Made by a program: the position numbers and the translations under genes. Source: Eledone cirrhosa (taxonomy: Eukaryota). Taken from it: a stretch of 64,000 nt of DNA. Positions 13,164 through 23,749 of the stretch are shown here, piece after piece. Numbering within the stretch: the stretch's first letter is position 1; every line of letters begins with the position of its first letter. The stretch is taken from contig OZ024743.1 in the NCBI GenBank assembly GCA_964016885.1, positions 308,202,001 through 308,266,000 of the forward strand. The letters run 5' to 3'. The notes beneath the pieces are model-generated. The model was not told where the DNA came from and searched no databases. It worked only from the letters and a program-made list of their open reading frames with translations.

Positions 13164-13410
13164 AAGAAATAACTTTATTATTATATTTCCATTATTATGT
13201 TTTAATTGCATTTGATCGTCAATTCAGTAATCCAATATTTATGGTGAGTTTGTAAAGATAATATTTAATAGATGGTGGAGGTGGGTGTAGAATAGAATAT
13301 AGGTGTTGATGATAATGATGATGATGATGATAGTGGGGATGATGGTGGTGGTGATGGTGGGTGATTTTAAGGATGATGATGATGATGGTGATAGTGGTAG
13401 TGATCATATG

Positions 13411-13441
<31 letters not shown>

Positions 13442-13659
13442 AGATGATAGTAGTGATGGTTATAATGATGATGTTGATGTTGGTGGTGGTGGTGGTGGTG
13501 ATGATGTCGCTGGTGATCGTAATGATGATGATGGCGTAGTAAAGTGGTTAAGATCGATTCCCAATCGTGTGGCCTCAAGTTCGATCCTACTACGTGTCAA
13601 GTGTTTTTATTATAATCTCAGGTAAACCTGGAAGATTGTTCATCAGCTAAATTGACTCT

Positions 13660-15295
13660 ACCTGTAATTATAACGTCAGGTGTACCTATGTGGATGACTT
13701 ACCTGTAATTATAACGTCAGGTGTACCTATGTGGATGACTTACCTGTAATTATAACGTCAGGTGTACCTATGTGGATGACTTACCTGTAATTATAACGTC
13801 AGGTGTACCTATGTGGATGACTTACCTGTAATTATAACGTCAGGTGTACCTATGTGGATGACTTACCTGTAATTATAACGTCAGGTGTACCTATGTGGAT
13901 GACTTACCTGTAATTATAACGTCAGGTGTACCTATGTGGATGACTTACCTGTAATTATAACGTCAGGTGTACCTATGTGGATGACTTACCTGTAATTATA
14001 ACGTCAGGTGTACCTATGTGGATGACTTACCTGTAATTATAACCTCAGGTGTACCTATGTGGATGACTTACCTGTAATTATAACGTCAGGTGTACCTATG
14101 TGGATGACTTACCTGTAATTATAACCTCAGGTGTACCTATGTGGATGACTTACCTGTAATTATAACGTCAGGTGTACCTATGTGGATGACTTACCTGTAA
14201 TTATAACCTCAGGTGTACCTATGTGGAAGACTTACCTGTAATTATAACGTCAGGTGTACCTATGTGGATGACTTACCTGTAATTATAACGTCAGGTGTAC
14301 CTATGTGGATGACTTACCTGTAATTATAACGTCAGGTGTACCTATGTGGATGACTTACCTGTAATTATAACGTCAGGTGTACCTATGTGGATGACTACCT
14401 GTAATTATAACGTCAGGTGTACCTATGTGGATGACTTACCTGTAATTATAACGTCAGGTGTACCTATGTGGATGACTTACCTGTAATTATAACGTCAGGT
14501 GTACCTATGTGGATGACTTACCTGTAATTATAACGTCAGGTGTACCTATGTGGATGACTTACCTGTAATTATAACGTCAGGTGTACCTATGTGGATGACT
14601 TACCTGTAATTATAACGTCAGGTGTACCTATGTGGATGACTTACCTGTAATTATAACCTCAGGTGTACCTATGTGGATGACTTACCTGTAATTATAACGT
14701 CAGGTGTACCTATGTGGATGACTTACCTGTAATTATAACCTCAGGTGTACCTATGTGGATGACTTACCTGTAATTATAACGTCAGGTGTACCTATGTGGA
14801 TGACTACCTGTAATTATAACGTCAGGTGTACCTATGTGGATGACTTACCTGTAATTATAACGTCAGGTGTACCTATGTGGATGACTTACCAGTAATTATA
14901 ACGTCAGGTATACCTATGTGGATGACTTACCTGTAATTATAACGTCAGGTGTACCTATGTGGATGACTTACCAGTAATTATAACCTCAGGTGTACCTATG
15001 TGCGAGACTCTACCTTAATTATAACGTCAGGTGTACCTATGTGGAAGACTATCTGTAATTATAACGTGAGGTGTACCTATGTGGAAGACTCTATCTGTAA
15101 TTATAACGTGAGGTGTAGCTACGTGGAAGACTCTACCTGTAATTATAGTCTCAGGTGTACCTATGTGGAAGACTATACCCGTAATTATAATCTCAGGTGT
15201 GCTTACGGGGAAAAACTACCTGTGATTATAATCCCAGGTGTACCTATGTGGAAGACTCTACATGTAATTATAGTTTCAGGTGTACCTATGTAAAA
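13660..15295. repeat. 41-bp minisatellite, ~40 copies
   Basis: Unit ACCTGTAATTATAACGTCAGGTGTACCTATGTGGATGACTT; near-identical to ~15000, then diverged 42-bp variants. Confidence 0.97.
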
Positions 15296-15959
15296 GATTG
15301 TCTGTATTTCACATGGATTCTACCTGAGTATTACGCTAAGACTACACATGTCTGTGAAATGTTCAACCGTTGGGACCACGTTGCATTTTTGTCACCTGTC
15401 CTCATCGAACGATTTTCCTTCCCTCGAGTCTAGGAGCACGCACTTTAACTCCGACAATAACAATAACAAACGTTTAGATTTTTATAATAGTTTTATGTTT
15501 TACTTGAAGGCAATGGAACTCCAGGAAATACATCAACTGTGAAAGTAGGTGTAGAGATGTTTGATACAATAACTGAATATCTAATCTTTTTAAATAGCTA
15601 AAATATTAGGAGATATATAATGTAAATCATACAACTTTAGATTTGAACCAGGTGTTTGTTTTGAGAAAAACACATTACTTTATTTTCTTAAACCAGATTG
15701 TGAACACAGAATTTAATACGCTGGGAAATTAGTAGAGCCGTTAGAGCATCAGAGTAAATGTCTCGCTGTTTGATCCTGTTCAAACTGCGTAGAGGTTAAT
15801 TTTGCCTTTCATCGTTTCAGAGGTTGATAAATAAAGTAGCAGCCCAGGAGTTGTGGATTGGTGGAATTATCTAAGTATAGGACGGGCTGCTTCGTTCTAT
15901 CTTATCTGAGTATGTGCGTTCTGAGTTCAAATCCCGCACTGTTTTGCCAGATTAATTGA

Positions 15960-16450
15960 ACCTAAAAATTAAAGGTGTAGAAAAGCCAGGAATTCCCATA
16001 AAATCACTGATCCGTAGAACATACCCTTTTAAGAAAACCTTTTCTGTATAGTGTATAAAGTAAACTGTAAAAGTAGGAATGCAGTCTATAGAATAAGGTG
16101 CACTGAGGGACAGTGCAGAAACAGGATAACGACATACATAGGAGAGACAGTCCATAGCATAGGAAAGAGGATAAAGGAACAATGATGGGAACTCAAAGAG
16201 GAGAAAAGCTCGTCCGTGCTATAACAACATGCCAAACTAGAACATGGGGGCTCGGTCGATAATATAGAAGTAAAGATCTTATCCACACATAGAACCAACA
16301 AGACACATATATAATGATTTCTACTATAGGCATAAGGCCAGTAATTTGTGGGGAGGGGAAAGTCGATTAAATTGACCCCAGTGCATTACTGGTGCTTTAA
16401 TATAATAGAGAGTAGACCGAGCATCAACAGAAAACAGGAACGGGATAGTA
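15960..16450 (+). pseudogene. Decayed PLE GIY-YIG endonuclease interrupted by a SINE A fragment
   Basis: Manual translation VEKPGIPIKSLIRRTYPF..NCKSRNAVYRIRCTEGQCRNRITTYIGETVHSIGKRIKEQ*..QHAKLEH..[SINE ~16315-16400]..RPSINRK. Confidence 0.8.
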
Positions 16451-16716
16451 ACACCCCAACCCTCAACCCAATGACTGAAGACAGAATAGGACACAATAAG
16501 AAAGAGAAAATCATAAGAAGATACAAGCAGAGATATAGAGACACAATCCCCCAAACTCGCAAACACGCATACAAACACACATACATATGCCAAACACAGA
16601 CACAGGCGCAGATGCAGACGCATGCGCAGGCACAGACAGTGAAACAGATCACAGAAAGACAAGATGGAGAAAACAAAATAAAAGCAGAAAGAAGAGGAGG
16701 CACATAAGAAAACAAA

Positions 16717-16759
16717 GTCATTGAGGAGGTTACAGAATGCGTGACGAAAGAACTTTGAC
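16717..16759 (+). ncRNA. Degenerate hammerhead downstream of the GIY-YIG remnant
   Basis: GTCA-TTGAGGA-G-GTTAC..GTGAC-GAAA-GAAC-TT-TGAC; core C3 changed to T. Confidence 0.55.
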
Positions 16760-17123
16760 AAACTAACTAACAATAAAGCTGAAGTGAAAATCAAATAGTA
16801 CATTTTATTGGAAATATTGGCGACATGATTATCCCCAAATATAACATTGTTTCAACATACGATTTCACATCTAGGTTCTTACAAAACAAATACGTACATA
16901 CATACATACATACAAATGTGTGTGTATGTGTGTGTGAGTGTATGTGTGTGTATGTGTATGTGTATGTCTGTGTGTGTATGTATGTGTGTATGTGCATGTG
17001 TGTGTATGTGTATGTGCGTGTATGTATGTGTGTATGTGGATGTGTGTATGTATGTATGTGTATATATGTGTGCATGTGTATGTGTGCATGTTTATGTGTG
17101 TATTGCGCATATGTGTGTATGTA

Positions 17124-17155
<32 letters not shown>

Positions 17156-18103
17156 TATATATGTATGTATATGTATATGTATATGTGTATGTGTATGTGT
17201 GTATGTATGTGTATATATGAATTTGCATGTGCGTATATATGTGTATATATGTGTGTGTGTATGTGCGTATATGTGCGTGTATGTATGTGTATGTGTACAT
17301 GTGTATTGAAAATGTCATCTTGAAACGACTTAGCCACCAAACATACCTAACAAAGGTGACAAACATTAACAGATAATTACTATTCTCCTCGTGTTAAAGA
17401 TGATCAAGCAGCTGATACTGAACAAGAATCCAACCCCCAACATATGTGACAGCATTGACTTTTAATTCTAGAGGCAACAACAACAAAATAACATGGAGCC
17501 TTTTATACACGATTTCTCTATTTCATTCATATCACAATACATTTAAATAAACAAAAACCTTTTAGTGTTTTTCAAACTCACGCGTGATCTCTGCTGTCTT
17601 AATTGTATTATTTGTTTTAAAAAAGAAACACAACATTGAAAATTCTAAACATTTATCCGGGCTCTATAACTGATTGTTACACGAAAGAAGTAAAGAATAG
17701 GTTACATAACGACTAAAACAATACAAGGATAATTAAATGAATATACGTGTCAACCAATCAATTTTCAGTTTTCCTCATTCAGGTATTTGTTTCCTGGTGT
17801 TAGAATTCATAAGCCGGTAATTATTATGATCTTACTCCTCCCTGCTACCCACGCATCCCTTTGTAGCAATTTGTCCTCTCTACCAGAACTGGATTAAAGC
17901 AACTAGGGGTCCTAAATTAGCGAATATTTGATGTTCCCAGCACCACATATGTGCAAGGAACTTAATGGAAACGCAAAGTATCGATCCAAAAGAAAAAAGG
18001 ATTGCTATATTCTAAAATTTAACAAAAATGTCGCGTTTCATAGCTATAAATTAATATATATCTTAATAATGTATTTTTATATTTTAATATGCACTTTAAT
18101 ATA

Positions 18104-18314
18104 CAGGGTGACCACAAAAACACACCAGCTACGTCTTTGTGGAGTGAACGCCTTCTTGAATTACACTGCCATCTAGCGGATGAAGTCAATTCTCCAAATG
18201 AGGAAAGAAACTTTGTTAGTTTATGCAGCTGTAGCCACCAATATTTAAGAATATTCATTTCAGTTTTGATATTGTAAGTATTTGGAATCAAGGTGTGTTT
18301 TTGTAGTCACCCTG
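18104..18314. mobile_element. Tc1/mariner-type MITE (211 bp)
   Basis: TIRs CAGGGTGACCACAAAAACACACC / GGTGTGTTTTTGTAGTCACCCTG; TA TSD on both sides. Confidence 0.9.
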
Positions 18315-18469
18315 TATATTGACGAGGTTATAGGAAGTATATTCGCTATAATCCCGTTGCTCACAAGTATTTACTCAATGAGATATGCTTTAAACGTATA
18401 TCGAGCAAACGTGTCCCAGAGTAATAACAAAATGTATATTCATAATGTGAATATCAATATATATTTTAA

Positions 18470-18857
18470 TGCTTTGCAGCATAGAGTTACGGCCCTTTAC
18501 GTTCTGAGTTCAAAACCCGCCGATGTTAACTTTGCTTTTCATCCTTACAGGGATGGATAAAATAAACCACCAGTAATGAACTGGGATAATTTCTGGCCTT
18601 GTGCCAAAAGTAGAAACAATTATTGCCACCACCACCACCAGCAACAACAACAACACCATTACTGCTACCAACAACAGTACCACTGTATCGGTAGAGCGTC
18701 AGACACATGCTTTGCAGCACAGAGTTGTGGCCTTTTCCGTTCTGAGTTCAAATCCCGCCCAGGTTAACTTTGCCTTTCATCCTTACGGCGTCGACAAAAT
18801 AAAGTACCAGTAATGCACTGGGTTAATTGCTGGCCTTGTGCCAAAAGTAGAAACAAT
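18470..18857 (+). mobile_element. Two tandem 5'-truncated SINE A copies
   Basis: Family A core and tail at ~18470-18620 and ~18685-18857. Confidence 0.85.
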
Positions 18858-19349
18858 ATTAATTAAGCAGTGAACCTCGTCTATTTGTTTTCATTGTTCA
18901 ACCTATGTGACTTAACATATACAGGCGCCCTCAATAATTATATTTTTTCTCCCCAAACTACCAAAACACACATTTATCTGTATATGCGCTACAATTTATG
19001 TATATGTTATGTTTATCGCATACATATCGAAGTTTTGTATATCTTGGTTGATATTTGATAATAACAGAGCAATATATTATGTTAATCTTCATAGTAAATT
19101 TTTTTGCCATGTCATAACTTTTTCTCCACATATCACTATTTGCCAATTGCTAATATGTGTATTCAAAGACAGATTTCACAGGTCATTTTGCAATAATCAT
19201 TTTATAATTATTGATGGCTATAAATGTAACATGACCTGCTTGGACTCAAATTGCATTTTTCTTTTTTACCATTTTAGAGTGCAATCACTACAACTAAATT
19301 GACCAAATTTGCACCCCACCATCACACAATTCAGAAATGCTTCAACCGC

Positions 19350-19400
<51 letters not shown>

Positions 19401-19401
<1 letters not shown>

Positions 19402-20105
19402 TATAAATTATGTCCATAGAATCATTTGATGAGATATATACTCCATTTCCTCTCCCAATTAGCATAATCAGCCACACAAAAAAAACAATTAAACCAGGCT
19501 ATAAGATTAAAAGGCACCTATGAAGAAATAATAGATAAATAAACGACACCCATCTATTCGGGATCAACAGCTATAGAATATTTACCCAGCATTTCAGTAG
19601 CACACAATTAGGTATAAAATTAAAGTTAGAAGAAAAATGCATATACACATACCTGGGTTACGTTTCTACCCTTTGGGGTTTCGTTCGCTTTCGGAAATAT
19701 CCTATCAAGGATACATTCTCGAGCTTCGAACTCATCAGGAAACAAACTCACTTGGCAAAGATTTTTCTTAAATGATCCCCGCCAGAAACGAATTCAAAAT
19801 GGCTAAGAACTGTGACGTGGCAGTGGTCAAGTCAGAAAGAATGTGATTGGTGCCTTACGGCTAGTAGGCTGGGTGCTAGAAAGCGCAGCCTAATATTGCC
19901 CAAATTGCATCTCAACCTTATGGGAGATTATCAAATATAAAGATTTACATATACACAAACTAGACAAAGTCATAGATATGTTTTGGGAAACCATTCACGA
20001 TGTGGCTCAATGATGAATTAATAAATTAAATAATCAGAGCAATATCCTATAAATTATGTCCATAGAATCATTTGATAAGATATATACTCCATTTCCTCTC
20101 CCAAT
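19401..20105 (-). mobile_element. Non-coding HHR element: 646-nt monomer plus ~58-nt terminal redundancy
   Basis: CTATAAATTATGTCCATAGAATC.. occurs at 19401 and 20047; (TA)n on both sides; no meaningful ORF. Confidence 0.85.
19662..19743 (-). ncRNA. Intact type I hammerhead ribozyme with extended stem II
   Basis: GTTTC-CTGATGA-GTTCG..CGAAC-GAAA-CCC-CAAA-GGG-TA-GAAAC; all three stems pair; GUA cleavage triplet. Confidence 0.9.
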
Positions 20106-20132
20106 ATATATATATATATTGGGGTGCAAATT

Positions 20133-20234
<102 letters not shown>

Positions 20235-21038
20235 CACAGTTCAAGAGTAACCAATCTTAAAGAGAGAGATGGAGATAGTAGAGGAGATATGAGAGGAGAG
20301 ATTGGTGAGTTAGTTAGAAGCCAAAGCGTAAAGGCATGTGCTCAATGTGCAATATGCAGTAGAAAGCAGCTAGGTGGCTGGGTTCATGCAGAAGTTAGGT
20401 GCCCAGAGCTGGAAATATTCATTAGTTAAGCAAAACAAGGCCACAAACTTCACAAGGAAGACATTATTAAAAGATTGTCAACATATTTTAGTTTGATGTA
20501 AGGAATGTAGAAAATAATAATAATATTAATAATAATAATGTCCGTTTACAATTGTTTCGCTACTCCAAATAATATTTATGGATCAGATGACTATATATCA
20601 TAATTGATCTGGTTCAGTTGAAAATAATTAACATATTTAAAAAACAGAGTGGCTCATCGGAACTTCAAAGGAATATAAATTAAAATAATGGGATAATGTT
20701 ACATAATATAATGTTCCATATATTGGTTTTTACTATGGTGTCTTGGTTGCATCAGTTGTCAGCCATAATCAAGCAGTATTCATCTGTCGAGGCTGCATTG
20801 TGTGAGATCTGCCTATGGGTAACAAGATGGCTGCCAAAGGGCATATTTACCTTACTAATTAGAGGGTGGTTTCCGGGGAAGTAACTTCTTGAGAGATTAG
20901 AAATTGTGGGTGTTTATAGTTAAGTGCTAATTTTTTAATTTTTTAATTGAGAGACAATGTAGGGGAGGTAACTTATAATTATCGAGTTGTTCATAGCAAT
21001 TTAACTTATTAGCTACAAGTAAAAATGGGGCTACATGA

Positions 21039-21630
21039 TTAAGTTGGGTCAAAAATTCTATTGGCGAAGGAATTAGCCCTTCGATGTTGACAGCTAATGG
21101 TTACCTCCGTTCTATCGTTAATCAGTAGAGGTCGTGATAGAGTTATGTAATATGCTTCCGTAACACAGAGATCACAAGATTTTCTTCGTCCATTGAACGG
21201 TTGGGCCCTAGCCACGATATCCCATTTTAGTGAGTGTTGAACGTTGTTTAATTTAAGGTTTTTAATGAGCCTAACTAGCGATGTCGAACATCTGTTACTA
21301 GGGTCTCGGAAGGAAAAAGAGTGCGCATTATAGCGTACCTTAAAAGGGTTAGAGGTAGACCCGATATAAGAGCTGGTATTCGAAGCAGTCTCAACTGTAC
21401 ACCTATAGACTATGTTGGGTGTCAGGCAGTGTCCATTTAATGGGTATGCATTGGGATAACGGCAGTTGCAGTTGCTTCTGCAGTTAGTGAGAGTAGGGTT
21501 GTTTAACCTAAGTGGTAGGTCCGTGCTAGAAGGATTAGATGGGGGAGGTGTGCTACTAGAGTAATTATTGGTGTAGTGGCGTGGTGTATTTGATAGGGGT
21601 GGTGGTACCGCGGTGTGGGAGTTATACTGT
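21039..21630 (-). pseudogene. PLE GIY-YIG endonuclease domain (5'-truncated ORF)
   Basis: CNCRYPNAYPLNGHCLTPNIVYRCTV..SYIGSTSNPFKVRYNAH..LKWDIV..CDLCVTEAYYI..LINDRTE. Confidence 0.9.
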
Positions 21631-21685
21631 CTTAGCATTATATTATGTAACATTATCCCATTATTTTAATTTATATTCCTTTGAA

Positions 21686-21805
21686 GTTCTGATGAGCCAC
21701 TCTGTTTTTTAAATATGTTAATTATTTTCAACTGAACCAGATCAATTATGATATATAGTCATCTGATCCAGAAATATTATATGGAGTAGCGAAACAATTG
21801 TAAAC
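21686..21805 (+). ncRNA. Hammerhead with ~95-nt stem II region (mirror copy ~20545-20663 has core CCGATGA)
   Basis: GTT-CTGATGA-GCCACTC..GAGTAGC-GAAA-CAATTG-TA-AAC. Confidence 0.7.
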
Positions 21806-21832
21806 GGACATTATTATTATTAATATTACTAA

Positions 21833-22019
21833 GGGCGGTGGATTGGCAGTATCAGTAGAGAGTCGGACGCCATGCTTTCCAGCATAGTTACGTCCCTTTA
21901 CAGTCTGAGTTCAAATCCCGCCGAGGTTAACTTTGCCTTTCATCCTTACGGGGTCGATACAATAAAGTACCAGTAATGTACTGGGTATTTGCTGGCCTTG
22001 TGCCAAATGTAGAAACAAT
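21833..22019 (+). mobile_element. Full-length SINE A inserted in the PLE arm
   Basis: Absent from the opposite arm; duplicated target ATTATTAATATTA. Confidence 0.92.
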
Positions 22020-22133
22020 TATTATTAATATTATTATTATTCTCTACATTCCTTACATCAAACTAAAATGTTGACAATATTTTAATAATGTCTTCCTTGT
22101 GAAGTTTGTGGCCTTGTTTTGCTTAACTACTAA

Positions 22134-22172
<39 letters not shown>

Positions 22173-22289
22173 GCGGTTGAAGCATATATATATATGTGTG
22201 TGTATGTGTAGAAGGTGAGTAATATTGTAGAACAATAAAACTATGCATATATCAGATAAGTAGCACTCAACAGTTGGTAGAACTGGAGT

Positions 22290-22900
22290 ATATATAATAA
22301 AGAAGGAATTAAAAGATGGTTAAAAGAGTTCCATATATTTTATTATGCGCATTTCGAATACAAAATAATCCTGGAACAAAAATTGTGTTCTCATTAGATA
22401 AAATAAAGTAACATGATATGAGACATAATAGCACTTGTTTACAGGAAAGTGCTAAGTCTACATATGACAGAAATATAAGTGTTAAAACTATAGTAAGAAA
22501 TAGATAGGAAAATAGAAGAAAGGAAAGAAGAAGAGAAAAAGGAAAAAGAAAGAGAAGAAAAGAAAGGAAAAAAAAGAAGAAAAAAGGAAGAGAGAGAGAA
22601 AGAGAAAGAGAAAGAGAGAAACTTTTGATCAGGAACGCTGTTTTTCCTTTTTCTCCTCTTCTTTCCTTTCTTCTATTTTCCTATCTATTTCTTACTATAG
22701 TTTTAACAATTATATTTCTGTCATATGTAGACTTAGCACTTTCCTCTAAACAAGTGCTATTATGCCTCATATCATGTTACCTCATTTTATCTGATGAGAA
22801 CACAATTTTTGTGCCAGGATGATTTTGTATTCGAAATGCGCATAATAAAATATATGGAACTCTTTTAACCATCTTTTAATTTCTTCTTTATTATATATAT
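22290..22900. repeat. ~255-bp inverted repeat, PLE-end-like
   Basis: 22290-22546 is complementary to 22640-22900; TA-rich ends. Confidence 0.9.
22785..22850 (+). ncRNA. Type I hammerhead with palindromic stem III
   Basis: TTTTAT-CTGATGA-GAACACAA..TTGTATTC-GAAA-TGCGCA-TA-ATAAAA; mirror arm has CTAATGA. Confidence 0.85.
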
Positions 22901-23749
22901 ATATACTCTCGGGTCCCAAATAATAAGGGGATGGTATAAGCGGGGAGGGGCATTCGCTTAAATTCTTATAAGTGGGGAGAGGGGGGTAATTGTATAGTGT
23001 ACGTTCGTTTGTATGGGATTTCTTGTAATGTTCTTTTGTCATATATAATTTTTTTTAATGTAAATCAAATTATTATTAGATTCACCAGCTGCTGTATCAA
23101 TATGAATCACTTACAATAAAATTTCGCTGTAGATAGATTAGCAAAATTTAATAAGCGGGGGGGGGGGGGATAACAGCAAAGGGTGGTGGTGGAAAAATCA
23201 GAAAAATGAATAAGCGAAGAGTGGAACGATTATTCAAGACCTGAGAATAATTGATAGAGAGAGGGGGATTGGGAGAGGTTGTTGTATGGTAGATATAGGG
23301 AGGGGGAGAGTTTAATGTTAATTGGTATAGGGAGGAGGATTGAGAAAGACAGTGTCGTGGTAGCTATAAAGAGAGGGAGAGTTTAGTGTTAATTGATAAA
23401 GAGAGGGGGATTGGAAGAGAGTTCCGTGTAGCAAATATAGAGAGAACGAGAGTATAGTGGTAATTGATATAAATTTCTATTTATTTGCCACCAGGGCATC
23501 AAAGATTGGGACAAATACAAAGGGGGGAGTTTACATACATTTAAAAAGACGTGTAAAAAACATATAACAAATTAAATTTAACAATCGATGTCCTCAATAG
23601 GGAGGGGCGTTGACATGGGTCGCACACACCCCCGAAAAAATGTGCAACCCTCCTCTTCAGGAGCACAAAGAGCGGGTGCTTCCTTCTTCTTCTCATTCTT
23701 CTCCTCTCTCACCTACAGGCTGATATAGAGAGAAGGCCCATTCACTCGG

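Larger units (their letters stand above)
20235..22140 (-). mobile_element. 5'-truncated Penelope-like element with ~300-bp inverted pLTR arm
   Basis: ~20415-20713 is the reverse complement of ~21636-22140 once the SINE is removed; encloses a GIY-YIG ORF; (TA)n flanks. Confidence 0.9.

Noticed and set aside
13660-15295. CRISPR-like regular array
   Set aside because: Head-to-tail units with no unique spacers, no cas genes and a eukaryotic context; it is a minisatellite
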